Below are positions 48,353 to 61,655 of a stretch of 64,000 nt of DNA, one piece after another. The position numbers and the translations under genes are program-made. This stretch comes from Eledone cirrhosa (Eukaryota): positions 224,874,001-224,938,000 of the forward strand of contig OZ024740.1 of assembly GCA_964016885.1 (NCBI GenBank), written 5' to 3'. Under the pieces are notes generated by a model that worked only from the letters and a program-made list of their open reading frames with translations, was not told the origin of the DNA and made no database searches. The first letter of the stretch is position 1. Every line of letters begins with the position of its first letter.

Positions 48353-49658
48353 TATAGAAATAATGAAATGTACTTCTTTTGCTCATGAAATACTTCAACA
48401 GCTAGGCCTTTATACATGAGGAAACATAAACATTCTATGAAAGCCAGCTCCTTGATCTTTCCTGTTGATTTGACTATTGCTCTCTCATCAAGTATAGCTA
48501 CACTTATTGAACTGACCTCAAAATATTACAGTTTACATCAATTTGAATCCTTAACTGCATTGAGTTACATAATATGTTGGCAAAGCTTCTTGGAATGAGG
48601 TTTCCTCAAAGATAATAACATGGATTAGAAGCTTATTAATAATTTTTCTATTGTAGCATATGTTAATAGAACCTTGTCTGGTTTTCCGTCTGTCAATTGG
48701 GACATACTAAACTTTAATGATTTTTTTAAATGTCTTCTTTCTTTTCTCAAACAATTTATAATTACATCCATCTACACATGCTACTATGTTGATTGGTGTA
48801 CACAAGTCATTTTTACTTTTGCACAAAACTCCTATTCACATGCATTTATATATGGAAGCATGCATGCACAACCTTCATGAATGAAGACCTATAAAATATC
48901 TTGTATTGCAAACCTGTCTACAACGTTTAGCCCAAATATATAGAAATAGGAACATCACCCAACTCAAAAAAGTATTCTAAGACATCTTTTTAAAAAATCA
49001 GTCTACAAATATATACAAAAGTCTAGGTGTTTATAAAATAGTCTTGACCTCTTACCCTACTCACTCATATACATTATATATGCCTGTCCTCTTCATACCA
49101 CCCTCACACTCATACAATGTTCTATATATTTTATCCACACTCTTTTCTGAGGAATTACATCATTTTGAAATTCTATCTCCATCCCACCAACTCAATAGCA
49201 TTAACCAACAACAATTCAAACTGAACTGTGATTGCAGTAGCATCACTCAGTTCTTCTTAATATCCAGTCAAAGGGGATATTAAAAAGGTTATAGAAATAT
49301 CTTCTCTTTCTCAGACAATCTGACACCAACATTAAAACAGACAACAAAAAGAAACAACACTAATAACAACAACATTTCATCTACAAATAAAGAAAATATG
49401 ACAAAACTTTCTTTCAGATGGCTGAAAACTTAGAAAATAGAATAGATGTCCATAACACCAGTTCTTTTCATACTGCAAACTTTATTATTGATATCTGCAT
49501 TGACACAAGCTATATTTCCAACAAAGTCTGAAGTAATGAATAAGCTGGACTAGCAGTAACAAATGCTTATATGAAGGTGTGTTGTGTAATGATAATTAAA
49601 TCTTGCAGCAACACTTGTTCATAATAATAAGAGAAATATCAGATATATACATAGGTAC

Positions 49659-50335
49659 TCATCATCATCATCATCATCAACGTTTAACGTCCGTGTTCCA
49701 CGCTTGCATGGGTTTGGACGGGGGTAGTCCCACTTGAGGCAAGAGTGATTCTCTTGCTCGCATAGGACTGTCTGGCAGGTTTTCTACAGTTGGATGCCCT
49801 TCCTAACACCAACCACATTTACAGTGTGGGTCTGGGAGGTTTTTACCGTGTTGCCTACACGGCCACATTACAGCGTGGACTGTGTGTTTTTTTGTCGTGA
49901 CACCTACACGATCTCATTTGTTTCGGCCTCGATGGCGCGGCACCAACATAACTTTACATAGAACGGGGTGGTGTGGATGGGGTGGGGGTGGGGGTGGTGG
50001 GACGTGGTGTATTTTGTTAGAGAGATGCCTACTGGCTGGAGTAGGTTTTACTATATATTTAGGTAAGGCGGGTCTTCTCTGTTACTGAGTACCGCCAAAG
50101 GTCTCGGTCCAGTGACATTGTCTTGGAGAGGTGTAAGTGTGTGATGTCGGAGTTTATCAGCTCGTCCCAGGTTTTTCTAGGTCTGCCTATTCCGTGACTA
50201 CTGTCTATCTTTATTGCCCTGCACTTTGTTATACAGCTATTGACTTTCATGCGCATCACGTGTCCATACCAACGTAGCCTTCTCTCGAGTAAACAACATC
50301 TGATCCCTCTTATCTCTAATTTTTTCCTTAGTTCG
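49659..50335 (-). mobile_element. RTE LINE (family A) 3' end
   Basis: ORF 50059..50259 (KCRAIKID..GRPRKTWDELINSD) and 3' UTR matching 20455-21110 and 43490-44150. Confidence 0.93.
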
Positions 50336-50469
50336 AAAACAAAAAAACATTATTGAAGTGTTGAGTCGTGTTAAATGGAAGCATGGACCAGAGTGGAATA
50401 AGAATTTGGAAGACATAATACCTTTGAATGAGCTGACATAACTTTCACATACATGAAAAAAAAAATCAA

Positions 50470-50607
50470 CTGGCAGATGGTTGGATAACAGCCATGAGCT
50501 CAGCTGGTCTTGTTTGATAAATGGTTGCTTCTGACACGATCTGCTGGAAGGAGTGTTTGAGGACTCTGCCCCATGACACATTCAGGAATAAGTGGGCAAA
50601 GAAGAAG
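50470..50607 (+). mobile_element. RTE LINE (family B) extreme 3' end
   Basis: 'agatggttggataac..catgagctcagctggtcttg...ttgcttctgaca...caggaataagtgggcaaagaagaag' matches 3520-3654. Confidence 0.85.
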
Positions 50608-51562
50608 TAGAAAAAGTTTCTTTGGTATGTCAATATTAAAGATTTGAATAATGGCATCATGTCATGTTGGCTAAATGGCTGATTATCAAATTAAAATATG
50701 ATCAAAGAGAAAAATAATTGAACAAAAGATAAATTAGAGGCTCTTTTAATTCGGTTTGTTTTGTTACTTAGCCCCTTAATTGATTCAATCCATGATTAAA
50801 TGGGTAGACGTCATGACACTCACATGCTTTCAGGTATAATGTATTTAGTATTATATTATCTGTTTTCCCTTTTTCTCGATGTTAGTGTCACGTGATGAAA
50901 ATTTGACTGCTTTTTCTAGTAGTTGAAGTACATATATAGTGACTAAAAGCAATTTTCATTTCAAAATAGCCGATAACAATTTGACTTCAAAGTAAAATAA
51001 TAATTTCATATTTAGGCACCCAGCCAGCAATTTAGAGGAAGATGATGTAGAAGGTAAAATGAACCCAGTACTTCACTGGTACTTTGTTTTGTTAACTTTG
51101 GAAGGATGAAGGTGGACTTTATAGGATTAATAATAATAATAATAATAATAATGATGATTTCTTTATTCACCACATTAAGGAAACATTAGGATAGCAGAGG
51201 ACGAAAACAGATGTGTGTATTGGTATGTGGGTTTTGCATGTAATCATGTTTAACAATAGTAAAAAGAACGGTAACAATAACAATTTTAACAACAGGAATT
51301 CCTCAATAGAGAGGCGATATTCGAGGGCAGAAATCCATCAAAGCACAGGTTCTCTGATCTCTAGGGCAAGTTCCCTATCCCAGTTGTCTTCTTGCAATAA
51401 TGACATTAAATAATAAGGATGATGATGATGATAAACTACACTAAAAATTCAGGGTGTGTTGATTAAAAAAACCTCAGTTCTTGACTGGAAATTTATTTTA
51501 TCAAGCCCACTGTTGCAGATAACTGTATACAATACTATAATTTAATTATATATAATACTAAT

Positions 51563-51733
51563 AATTGTTTCTACTATTGGCACAAGGCCATTACTGGTAC
51601 TTTATTTTATCGACCCCGTAAGGATGAAAGGCAAAGTTAACCTCGGCGGGATTTGAACTCAGAATGGCAAGGGCCGTAACTCTATGCGTCAAAGCAAGGC
51701 GTCCAACCCTCTACCGATACTGCCAATTCACCC
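51563..51733 (-). mobile_element. OR-like SINE
   Basis: Reverse complement of the core 'gaggttaactttgcctttcatccttacggggtcgataaaataaaagtaccag'. Confidence 0.88.
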
Positions 51734-54637
51734 AACCATATATATAATATTAATAATGTTATAATTAAACATAAGTAAATGAAAACATAAATTTAAACAT
51801 CATTTACCATATGTTTATAGGCAAAGATAATATCCAAATAAAAAATTGGCTTATTCTATGGCAATTCTTTGCTGAAGTAATTAAATAGAAACTGGTGAAA
51901 CTTAAGAACGTCTTGAATCTTCATTAATTACAAAACTTTCTTTATATTTTGTTAAATATAAAAATTTCAAAAGAATGTAAAATATTTACATATATTGTTA
52001 ACGCAATAAGAAAATTATTCATAAGAAATTAAATAAGTTTTTGATAACTTTAAGAAAAAGCACAATGTTTTAATTTAACTTTAATTATAATATAACATTT
52101 TTCATTGTGTCTATAGTAAATGAAAAGTTTAAATTGAAAGTCAAGTATATATTTTGTCATTCCTGATATCAAAAGTATTGTAGCTGATCCCTCTATGATT
52201 TTTTTTTTTTTTCCATCAAATACAACTCCTGTCAGAAGCATCACAGATGTTCCTGTGACAGGAGGTGGAATTTATCCCAGATCACAAAATGCACAAAACA
52301 GGTAGAGATACCACAAAATATCCCATCCAATGCTCTAACAATTCCTGCCAATCTTCTGTCCTTCGATATGTGCTCTATTTATTGAGCCCAAAATGTAATA
52401 TGCAAATTTGACCTCAATGGGATTTGAACTCAGAGCACAGAATCAGAACAAATACTACAAAGCATTCTGCTATAATGAGTGGTTAAATAAAGTCAGTTTC
52501 TAACCAAAGTTCAATTTGATTTAGGATTAACCATTTTGGTTACCATATTTATCCTAAAAGACACTCTGGTTCTGATTCGAAAAGCATTTTTAAAATAATT
52601 GAGAATTTCAAGAAATATAGTAATGTAACTAACTTTTTCATAAGGCTGACATATGGCGCACAGCTTAACAAAATGTGTTACATGTTATCATGAAAAGCCC
52701 ATACCAAAATATTGATGATGATGGTAATGATAAACACTAAAAGATTTTTCTCATCATAAAACCAAGGTTATTTTCAGGCAGTTTGGTATCTAACTGATTA
52801 ACCCTTTAGCATTTACATTACTCTATATATAACTATTATATTTTCATGGTAAAGGCTTTATCTTACATGATTATCTCACATAATATCGAATCTATGAGAG
52901 TTTGATATTTATTCTCGTTAATATATTTTTAAAGCAGTGAAATGGGATAGAGGAGGGAAGATGTGGAATGTTGAGTCTACATTTTAATGCAGGTATGCAA
53001 ATAATCTTTTTAGCCAGCAAATTGGCAGCCATTAGAACATTGATATTTGGTCTAGATCTCTGTGCTCAGAATCAAATCCTGTGAAGGTCAATTTTGTCTT
53101 TCATTCTTTCAAGGTTGATAAAATACATTATCTGTCCTAGGCAGTGGATAGTCAGACTTGTTAGAGCATTGGACAAAATGCCCTACTGTATTTGTTCTTT
53201 GCATTCTGTGTTCAAATTCCACTTGGATTGTAGATTTAATTCATCACTCTGGGTAAGACCACAATCTGGCCATTAGGAACTTTTGTGGAGTTCCCACCGT
53301 TGCAAGCATTTGGACCATGCTTCCAATTTCAAGATACCTTTCCTCCCTTTCTTCCTTTCTCCCTGACAACAGTCTTGGATGCCCCCCAAAAAGGTTAAGG
53401 AGCAGGGTCCTTACCACCTTCACTAAACAACAATAACAATAAATGTTTAAGGCCATTTCCATGCTAAAATGAGGTTAAGCCTTGAAGACCTCATGACAAG
53501 TTTTTCCATGTTGCTCTATTTTTTTATCCTCATTCCTAAATCTCCTTATTCGCATGTTACCCTCCATCATCTTTCACTCTCTTTCTTGGTTCCACGATCA
53601 TTTCCATAACTCCTCTCACCTAATTACTTTCATCCTTCCTCAAAATATGAGCCAGCCATATCATTCCATTTTTATTCACAACATTCATCACTGGCTCTAT
53701 TTTTATCACCTGAAATTGTTTGTTGATTTGAATATCGTCATTTTACATCTATATTTTCATGCTGGTATGGGTTAAACACACATATGAAACTAATTTAAGT
53801 ATTGCTGTAAAAAGCTTTAGGAATTCTCATCACTGATGCTTAAAGGACATCAGGCTGGTAATCCAAATTTTACCAGTACACAAGTATAAGTAGAATTTTG
53901 TGCAAGTTCACACTTGGAAAAGAGTGTACCTGTCTTAAGGAATATGAGATTTTGGGTAATTTCAAAAAAATATTACTTGTTACCTTATTTTATGCATGTT
54001 GATTTTTATCTGTTTTCATATTCTTTTTAGCTGAAGCTAAATATGTTTTCCTGCATAGAATTTAATTTTTAAGTTTTGTCTAAAATTGTACAAATAGAAA
54101 ACAATCTACTTAATTCAAGTCCCAATCCTCTTTAATTTCTCAGATTTTACAAAAAATTATTTACTGTCATTTCCTTAAAATGAAAATACATAGAATAAAA
54201 GGAAAAAGAAATATAAAAAGATATATTATTTCTGATTTTTGATCATTATCAAACACAAATTTTGTGTGAACAATATATTCCTTTATGTGCTTCTGGCTAC
54301 ACTAGCGACAAACTATTGCAACAACATTTTATTTAATATGTCTATAAGTATCATAATTCTCTCACTCACTATCCCTCTCTCTCTCTATATATATATATAT
54401 GTGTGTGTGTCAGAAATTAAGCATGATTGAACCAAAAGAAGACAGGAAGACATTTTTTTTTTTGCTATTAAAAATCACTGATACTACACCCTGAGGCTCT
54501 ATTTATTTCAATGTAATTATTAAGTAAAAATGAAGTTTTGACAAAAAAGTTATTTTAAAGATTTTACCATTCAAGGGCAAAACTAAATTTATATCTGGAT
54601 ATAGATTTTATTGATTTATCAGAAGGTATATGCATCC

Positions 54638-55105
54638 CAGAAGTTTCCAACCTGTTAGCTGTAGGTCACTAGGTAGTACTGGGGATCTGTGGGCAAAGTT
54701 CAAAATTTCAGATAGTTGCAGTGAAAATGTATAGGTACTCACATTAAGGCTGACAAAAATAAACTTTCAACATTGCAAAATCGTTTTCAAATCTAAAGGA
54801 ATATTGTAATAAATTTAAATGGCTTTTAAATCCTGATCTATGCTTAAAACTCTTTGCCACTGAATCTGAAATTTGAAACACAGTATCAAAAAATCAGCAT
54901 CAAATATGTCATTAAACGAATAAGATTTTCTTTTCATTTCTTACTGCCACTTATTTAACTGAATATTCAGTAACATACACTACTGAATTAAGAGGTGAAA
55001 CTGAGAAAACGAATTTTGTTTAGTTAATAATACCAACCTAGGATCCATAGGAAAGTTAATTGAAACAAAAGGGATCCTTAGTAAAGAATATTTTAGAAAT
55101 CACTG
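54638..55105 (+). mobile_element. hAT (Charlie/Buster-like) non-autonomous DNA transposon relic
   Basis: Ends 'cagaagtttccaacctg' and 'ttttagaaatcactg' resemble Charlie-type TIRs; internal 54830-54915 reads PDLCLKLFATESEI*NTVSKNQHQICH*, like the Buster transposase C-terminus. 8-bp TSD not preserved. Confidence 0.55.
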
Positions 55106-57359
55106 GTGTGTGTACAGTTGGAGTGTGTTTAACAAGATAACTAGCAATCTCGGCGTGGAGTGCTACAGGAAATCCCTGAATTACTGTCTGTCAAAAATGG
55201 GTATGAAACATGATGATGAATTCCGCAAATTTACATAACATTCTTAAATATTGTAACTCTACTATTACTACTATCATCAGCAACGTCACTACTACTACTA
55301 CTAACATAGTCAAAAGTATGTAATCCTACTTACAATTTGGTTTGGTTCTCAGAAAAATTTGAAAATCATGCTTGCCCAATTCATTGATGGGACTCCCTTT
55401 TCGGTAGAGGTTTCAAAAGCTTATCTTACATACATTTCTGGAGAACGATTGCTAAACCTTTTTGTCTATTGCATTCTTTTAAAATACACTGCATATGTAT
55501 TTCAGTATATTTTGAAAATAATCATAAATTTGGATGAAAATAATAAAATAACGAAAGTTTTCATTTTCATTACTAAGTGGATATTTGTCAATTTACTTCA
55601 AAATTTCCAACATAAAATTTCTAACATAAAATTATGCTGGAAGGTTTAAACATTAAGTACAAACATTTTAAATTGCAGCAATATGTAGCAAGATGGAACT
55701 AGCTGAACATTTGGAATGGCTTGGAATACACAGAGTGATTAGAATCTTAATCAGTTCATTATTGGATTTGAGATATATCAAACTGAAATAGAGGACACAA
55801 TGTGGAATTCTCTTTCCCTAACTGTGGAACAGTACAAAACATGAATCATATGCTGGGTTTCATTTTGCTGTTGATATGATTTCAGAAATAACTCAATGAA
55901 AGTCCAAAATTGTATAAAATAGGAAAGATTTGATATATTATTAGTGATAATGATGGTGGTAGTGATGTTTGGCATTTTACATGTTTTTTTTTTCTAAGCA
56001 TATTAAGTAATAAGAAACCATAAAACCTATTTAATTTCTCTTCAGTCAACCCTCTAAATTACATTTGAATGTTAACATTTTAGTCTGAAAGATTCAGTAT
56101 TATTTCTAGCCTCTGTACTTCCAGGATTATAGTAAGATAAACTTTCTCCCAACTAAAAGTTTCACTTTAATTATAGATACAATAATTTAAAATGAAAAAA
56201 ATATTATATTACAATTAAATACTTTTTGTTGTTTCCAGACAAATCTCTTCTTTTTAGTTTTAGTTACTTTCAGCAACTGAAAATTACATTCTAATTTTAT
56301 TTAATTTTTTTAATTATTTTATTAATTAAATCTCGTAATAATTTCTATGTATTTCTTTCTTTTTCTTTGTTCACAAACGTTGGCAAGATAAAAATGTTAT
56401 TATTAATGAAGCTCTTAGGCTTTCTTAGGTTTTGTTCATTTTTCATTTGATTACTTGAGGCAAAGCAATGCCTCAGTATAATTTAGTTTTCTATTTCAGT
56501 AATATTTTTGCATATAAATGTCAACTTAGTAAAACTGATGTTTCGTTTGATTTATGTTTTCATATTTCTACACATGTTTATGTATAGCATTATTGATAAT
56601 AATATTGAGCCACATATACATGCACTCATACACATGCTTTCACAAAGAAGCAGACTCATAAATACATATAACATTCAAGTGAACAAGAGTACGTATAGAT
56701 TAGTATAATAAGCAGACTATACATTATAACCATACATAGAAAAAAGCTTGCACACACACAGGCACACTTTCTCAATATTCATTCATATCCTTCAATTTTT
56801 AGTACTAAATGGATATTCTTTTCGTTTTTAAGTATCACAATTTATATACATAAACCTTTGGAATATCACGACCGGCTTATAAACATCATTATATAATATC
56901 TGTACGAAATAATATCCATTTAATGCATTTATCTGTGCAAATATATCTGAAGAGGACAATCGCTGTCTTAGCAAATACGATATTTGTAAAACTTATCTGG
57001 GTCAATAAAATAGAAACATACCATTTACTGTTTAGTAATAAAGGTTCGTGAGGTATACTTTGAATATATAACCAAAGAAAAGTGAAGGCTGCTGCTTGAG
57101 AAAACAGAAATAAATAGAGAGAAAAATCAACATTTCCTGTGAGTGAATATATATTTTTCTAAGAATTTATTGACTATATTCTCACCATTTAAATGACTCT
57201 AAGCAATCGTACTGCCATATTGTTTTTGGTAATTGTTTCACTCTCTGCAACACATCTCATTTCTAAAACATACTTTATGACTTCCATGAAACCATTTACC
57301 ATTTCTTTAGTAAAACATAGTTTATAGCTTTTCTTCATATTTGTGAGTGCATACATAAG

Positions 57360-57461
57360 TGATTATATGTATGTATACATATATGTGTGTGTGTAGCTAT
57401 GAATGTATCTGTATATGTGTAGCTATAAACATATATGTGTGTATGTGGATATATATGTATA

Positions 57462-57532
<71 letters not shown>

Positions 57533-57566
57533 GTGTGTGTATGTATTTATATATACCTATATATAT
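57360..57566. repeat. (TA)n/(TG)n compound microsatellite
   Basis: Direct reading. Confidence 0.92.
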
Positions 57567-57729
57567 TTTATGTGGTTGCGGCTCCCAAACTATGGTTTTG
57601 CTGTGAGCAGAGTATTGCGTGTCCAACTGGTCTGTTCCGCTTCATAACCTTGCTATCCAGTTCCACACTGTAAATGTGGTTTGTGTTAGGAAGGGTATCC
57701 AGCTGTCTTACACATGTGCTTTTACGAAG

Positions 57730-58120
57730 CTCAGTGTACTTCACAAATTTGGTACAGAGCAAAATACCTGTTGATAACGTGATATTCCTTGTTCGATCAT
57801 TATACCTAAAGCTTATAGTTTTAAGCAGACAGTATTATTGATTTAGGTGTCATAGAAACACTGCACTTGGATTTTACCATCTATTCCAATGGGTCCAGGT
57901 CTGTTTTTTTATCATTTATTTTGTTTTGACCTGTTTAGCTTGATTTGCTTTTTGGCTTAGGTGGTTGATGCTTTCTTGACCACTCTTTCAGTTTTGTATG
58001 GCGTTTTAACATATTGTTTAGCTCTGGTTTTTTTAACTATGGAACGCTTGCCAGCATAATTCTGACTTTTGCGTTTCGTTTCGATTTTTCTATCCGCCGA
58101 AATGCGATTCTCGCTGAATT
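57730..58120 (-). mobile_element. Unclassified ~390-bp interspersed repeat, copy 2
   Basis: Reverse complement of 23455-23845 family. Confidence 0.8.
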
Positions 58121-58157
58121 TATATTTATATATATATATAATATATATATATATATG

Positions 58158-58517
58158 AGGCAAGCATGCTCTGTTGGATGTGCAGTGTAAATGTGCGTGA
58201 ACGACCCAGCATAAATGTGTTGAGAGAGAAACTGTGTCTGAGAGGGATAGAATGTAGTGTACGGGAGAGGAGACTGAGGTGGTATGGACATGTGATGCGC
58301 ATGGAGGATGACCGATGGGTGAAGAAGTGCCAGGAATTGCCAGTTGAAGGAAGACGTGGTAGAGGTAGACCACGAAAAACATGGGCGGAGGTGGTGAGAA
58401 CAGACCTCAGATCATTGAAGCTCACGGTGGAGATGACGAGGGACCGTGACGAGTGGAGAGATGCTGTGCTGTATAAGACCCGTCCCACCCTTGCAAGCAG
58501 GGAAAAGCGAACATAAA

Positions 58518-58551
<34 letters not shown>
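58158..58551 (+). mobile_element. RTE LINE 3' end (family C), young-looking, open frame
   Basis: ORF 58166..58516 (RERRLRWYGHVMRM..GRGRPRKTW..DRDEWR) runs to the (GAT)n tail; both ends abut (TA)n. Confidence 0.95.
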
Positions 58552-58552
<1 letters not shown>

Positions 58553-59130
58553 ATATATATATATATATCTACATATGTCATCATCGTATTTACTTCCACA
58601 TTTCCATGCTGACATGTGTTGGCCAGGATGGTGAGAAACAATGATATGCAACCAGATGTTGGGTTCTATCTGTAAAAGATCCAGTCATCTTCTATGCAGT
58701 ATTACCTGCCTCTAGGCTAACTCACAGCCAAACAATGGTGTTGGCTCAATGTAAAACCCTGTTCATCACCTGGCACCCTTCTTGATGAGATATGCACATG
58801 CATCTCTGGATCCCAGCTCCTCGTGTATCTCCACATGTGTACAGCACAAGCTTGTTGCTGCACAGCTATTCTCAATGTGTTCTGAATTCACATATTTTCT
58901 TGTCACTGTGTGGAACATTTCCTTCTACACACTGCACTGAATGATGTTATTAAAGGGAACATTAAAACTATCAGCTTTCTGTCATAACAGGAATCTGTTG
59001 GCAGGGTCTGGACAGATAAACCTTTTCCTATTTGACTGTAAATCATTCATTTGGGATAGGCTCTGGTGCCAAACTTCTTATTTGGCCATACTCTCAAAAG
59101 CTGCTATTTGCTACACAGAGAAGAGAAACA

Positions 59131-59220
59131 TAATTGTTTCTACTTTTGGCACAAGGCCAGCAATTATAAGTGCATTACTGGTACTTTATCGACCCTGTAA
59201 GAATGAAAGGCAAAGTTAAA
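59131..59220 (-). mobile_element. OR-like SINE 3' half
   Basis: Core 'gtactttatcgaccctgtaagaatgaaaggcaaagttaa'; flanked by direct repeat 'aagagaaacataatt' (59121-59135, 59220-59234). Confidence 0.85.
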
Positions 59221-59470
59221 AGAGAAACATAATTAAGTGAGTCATTGATAGACAAATACTTTTTCTGCATCCTTGGCCACTGGTCTGCCACTCTCTTCTG
59301 CCAAGTTGAGGTGAAGTAATGGGAAGCACTTGGAGGTAGAGTGGTGGATGTAGCAATGATTTTGATAGAGTTTTCAAGGTGCAATGTTGAGCCAAATTAT
59401 TTAAGAGAAAAAGTGTAGAATTTGTTTAGAATTGAAATAGAAATAGAGGCTTTGTTGTAATATTTTTAAC

Positions 59471-59590
59471 TATATAATATAGTCTAATAATGGGGGATAT
59501 AAACCCACTGAATGGAAAAAGGTGGGTATCAGTACACATTCTTTTCCATTCAGTGGGTTTATATACCCAATTATTAGACAATACTATATA
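59471..59590. repeat. Fold-back palindrome (~55-bp arms)
   Basis: 'gtctaataatgggggatataaacccactgaatggaaaa' vs 'ttttccattcagtgggtttatatacccaattattagac'. Confidence 0.88.
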
Positions 59591-61313
59591 TTCAAAATAT
59601 TATGGTGAATCTTCTATTTGTATTTCGGTCACTGTGTTCCAAATATACGTCTGTAGAATTTGTTTATTTCAAGCTTGTCTAAATAGTTTACAATAAACAA
59701 AATATATCTTAAGTAATAAAAGTACAACATTTATAAGTGATATTATTTAGTTTTGCTTAATCAGGTGGGCGGACTACTCTCATAAACTGCTATTGAAAAG
59801 CAAAATGTTAACCTACTAGAGAGGAGAACGTACAGAGATGTTAGTATGCAAGCTGAAGCTTGTTTTAAAGGAAGTTATATATTAATTTGTACCTGACAAA
59901 CGTAGGCTTAATATGCAGGTCAGATTTGAACACATGCCATGCTAATATTTTTCAGTGACAAAGCTTCTTGATTATGACCAAAGATGACAGAACAAATCTG
60001 CTATAGTCTGCTAAGTAGATATGTTATTAAATACAGGTGAATGAGGTTCTAAGAGTAATTAGGGCTACATGTATATTGCAAGCAAGACTAGAATGGGCAG
60101 CATTCTTTGTGAATGATTTTGTGTACGGAGGGTTGATCATCAGGGCTGTGAATTTAATGCGCTTTTTACCAATATAATCCTTAAAGCAAGAAGATAAGTA
60201 TTTATTGTGTTAGAAACTTGTATCTAGAAATTATCTGGTTCATATTTAAGAATTTTCTGAATATCGACAGAAATTGTATCAAGCCTAGATACCTAGACAG
60301 ACACTTCTATTTGCTCTGCCACTGTCAAGACATCATACAACTTGCCACGCATTTTCACTAATGATGTTATATGGAAATAGTCTCCATGCTTTGAAAAACA
60401 ATGGTATGTCACTTTCATCCTCACACTTTCTCAGGCAAATTCCTCAGGCAAAAAGTCAGTCATTTCTGTCATATCTCTTCTCTAATTCTTTTGTCTGTAG
60501 TTCGCTCATGTTAAACATTCCCCCTCTTGAAACAAGCAAATGTATCCCTGTTGTTGTTGGTAGTGGTGTTTTGGTATAGTAATTTCTTAACTGTTTGTGT
60601 CCTTAACTGTGTCTGTCTAATTGTTATTTTTGGCATTTTGCTTTATGTTTTTGTATATTTGTTTTCATATTTTCAAAAAAATATGAAAACAAATATAAAT
60701 GTTGCTAACACTGTTGTGTTTAGTACATCCCACTGCTGTCATATTTGTAATCATTTTAGATCACCAATAAATAATAAAGTTGGCTTCAATACAAAAAATA
60801 TATACATGGTTAAAACACTGTTTAGACAAACTTTTTTCACTCTATGAAATGGGGTGGATGTTTTAATATTCCAAAATCCTTTTTCAGTCAAAAGTAGCAA
60901 ATATGCCTTTTTGTCATGAAGTAATCCTAGGAGAGAATATTTTCCAAGCAGATCTCTTGGAAATTTGACAGTTTACAGCAAATAACAACAACAACAATAA
61001 CATTAAAGATTTATAATTCAAGCAGAAGGCTAGTAATTTGGGGGAAGGGAAAGTTATTAAATTGACACAAGTATTTGAGTGGTATTTTATTTTGTAAACG
61101 CCAAAAGGGTGAAATGCAATGTTAACCATAGTGGGAATTGAAATCAGAAATATAAAGAGAAAGAACAAATTTTGCATAACCCATGCCTGATGTTCTAATG
61201 AACCTGCCAATCAACCACCCCAAAAAACATGTTATTTATTGTGTTTTATATATTAATGGTCATAAGTTTCAGTATTCACTAAATAAGACTACTGAAAAAA
61301 AATTAAACTAAAC

Positions 61314-61351
61314 CATATATACATATACATATATGTATATATATATATATG

Positions 61352-61404
<53 letters not shown>
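61314..61404. repeat. (TA)n microsatellite
   Basis: Direct reading. Confidence 0.95.
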
Positions 61405-61406
<2 letters not shown>

Positions 61407-61482
61407 CGAAGGAAATGTGGTAAGGAACCAGGTGGACCATAACGCACCAAAGTACTCAATACTTAAGGTAGTAGAGTGGGTA

Positions 61483-61611
61483 ATAGGAACGAGTAGGACC
61501 CCGACGGCTGAGCTCAAGCCGTTTCGACAGCTAATTCTGGACTCAGAATTCTGGAGTCCAGAATTAGCCGTCGAAACGGCTTGAGCTCAGCCGTCGGGGT
61601 CCTACTCGTTC

Positions 61612-61615
<4 letters not shown>
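61483..61615. repeat. Near-perfect GC-rich palindrome (~60-bp arms) with hammerhead helix III and GUC
   Basis: 'ataggaacgagtaggaccccgacggctgagctcaagccgtttcgacagctaattctggactc' mirrors 'gagtccagaattagccgtcgaaacggcttgagctcagccgtcggggtcctactcgttcctat'. Confidence 0.95.

Positions 61616-61653
<38 letters not shown>

Positions 61654-61655
<2 letters not shown>

Noticed and set aside
52527-52830. piggyBac-like TTAACC termini (also 37057, 38483, 26975)
   Set aside because: Probably decayed MITE ends, but I could not pair left and right termini or define boundaries.
56947-56970. CTGAAGA-GGAC...GTCT hammerhead-like start
   Set aside because: No GAAA follows the stem.
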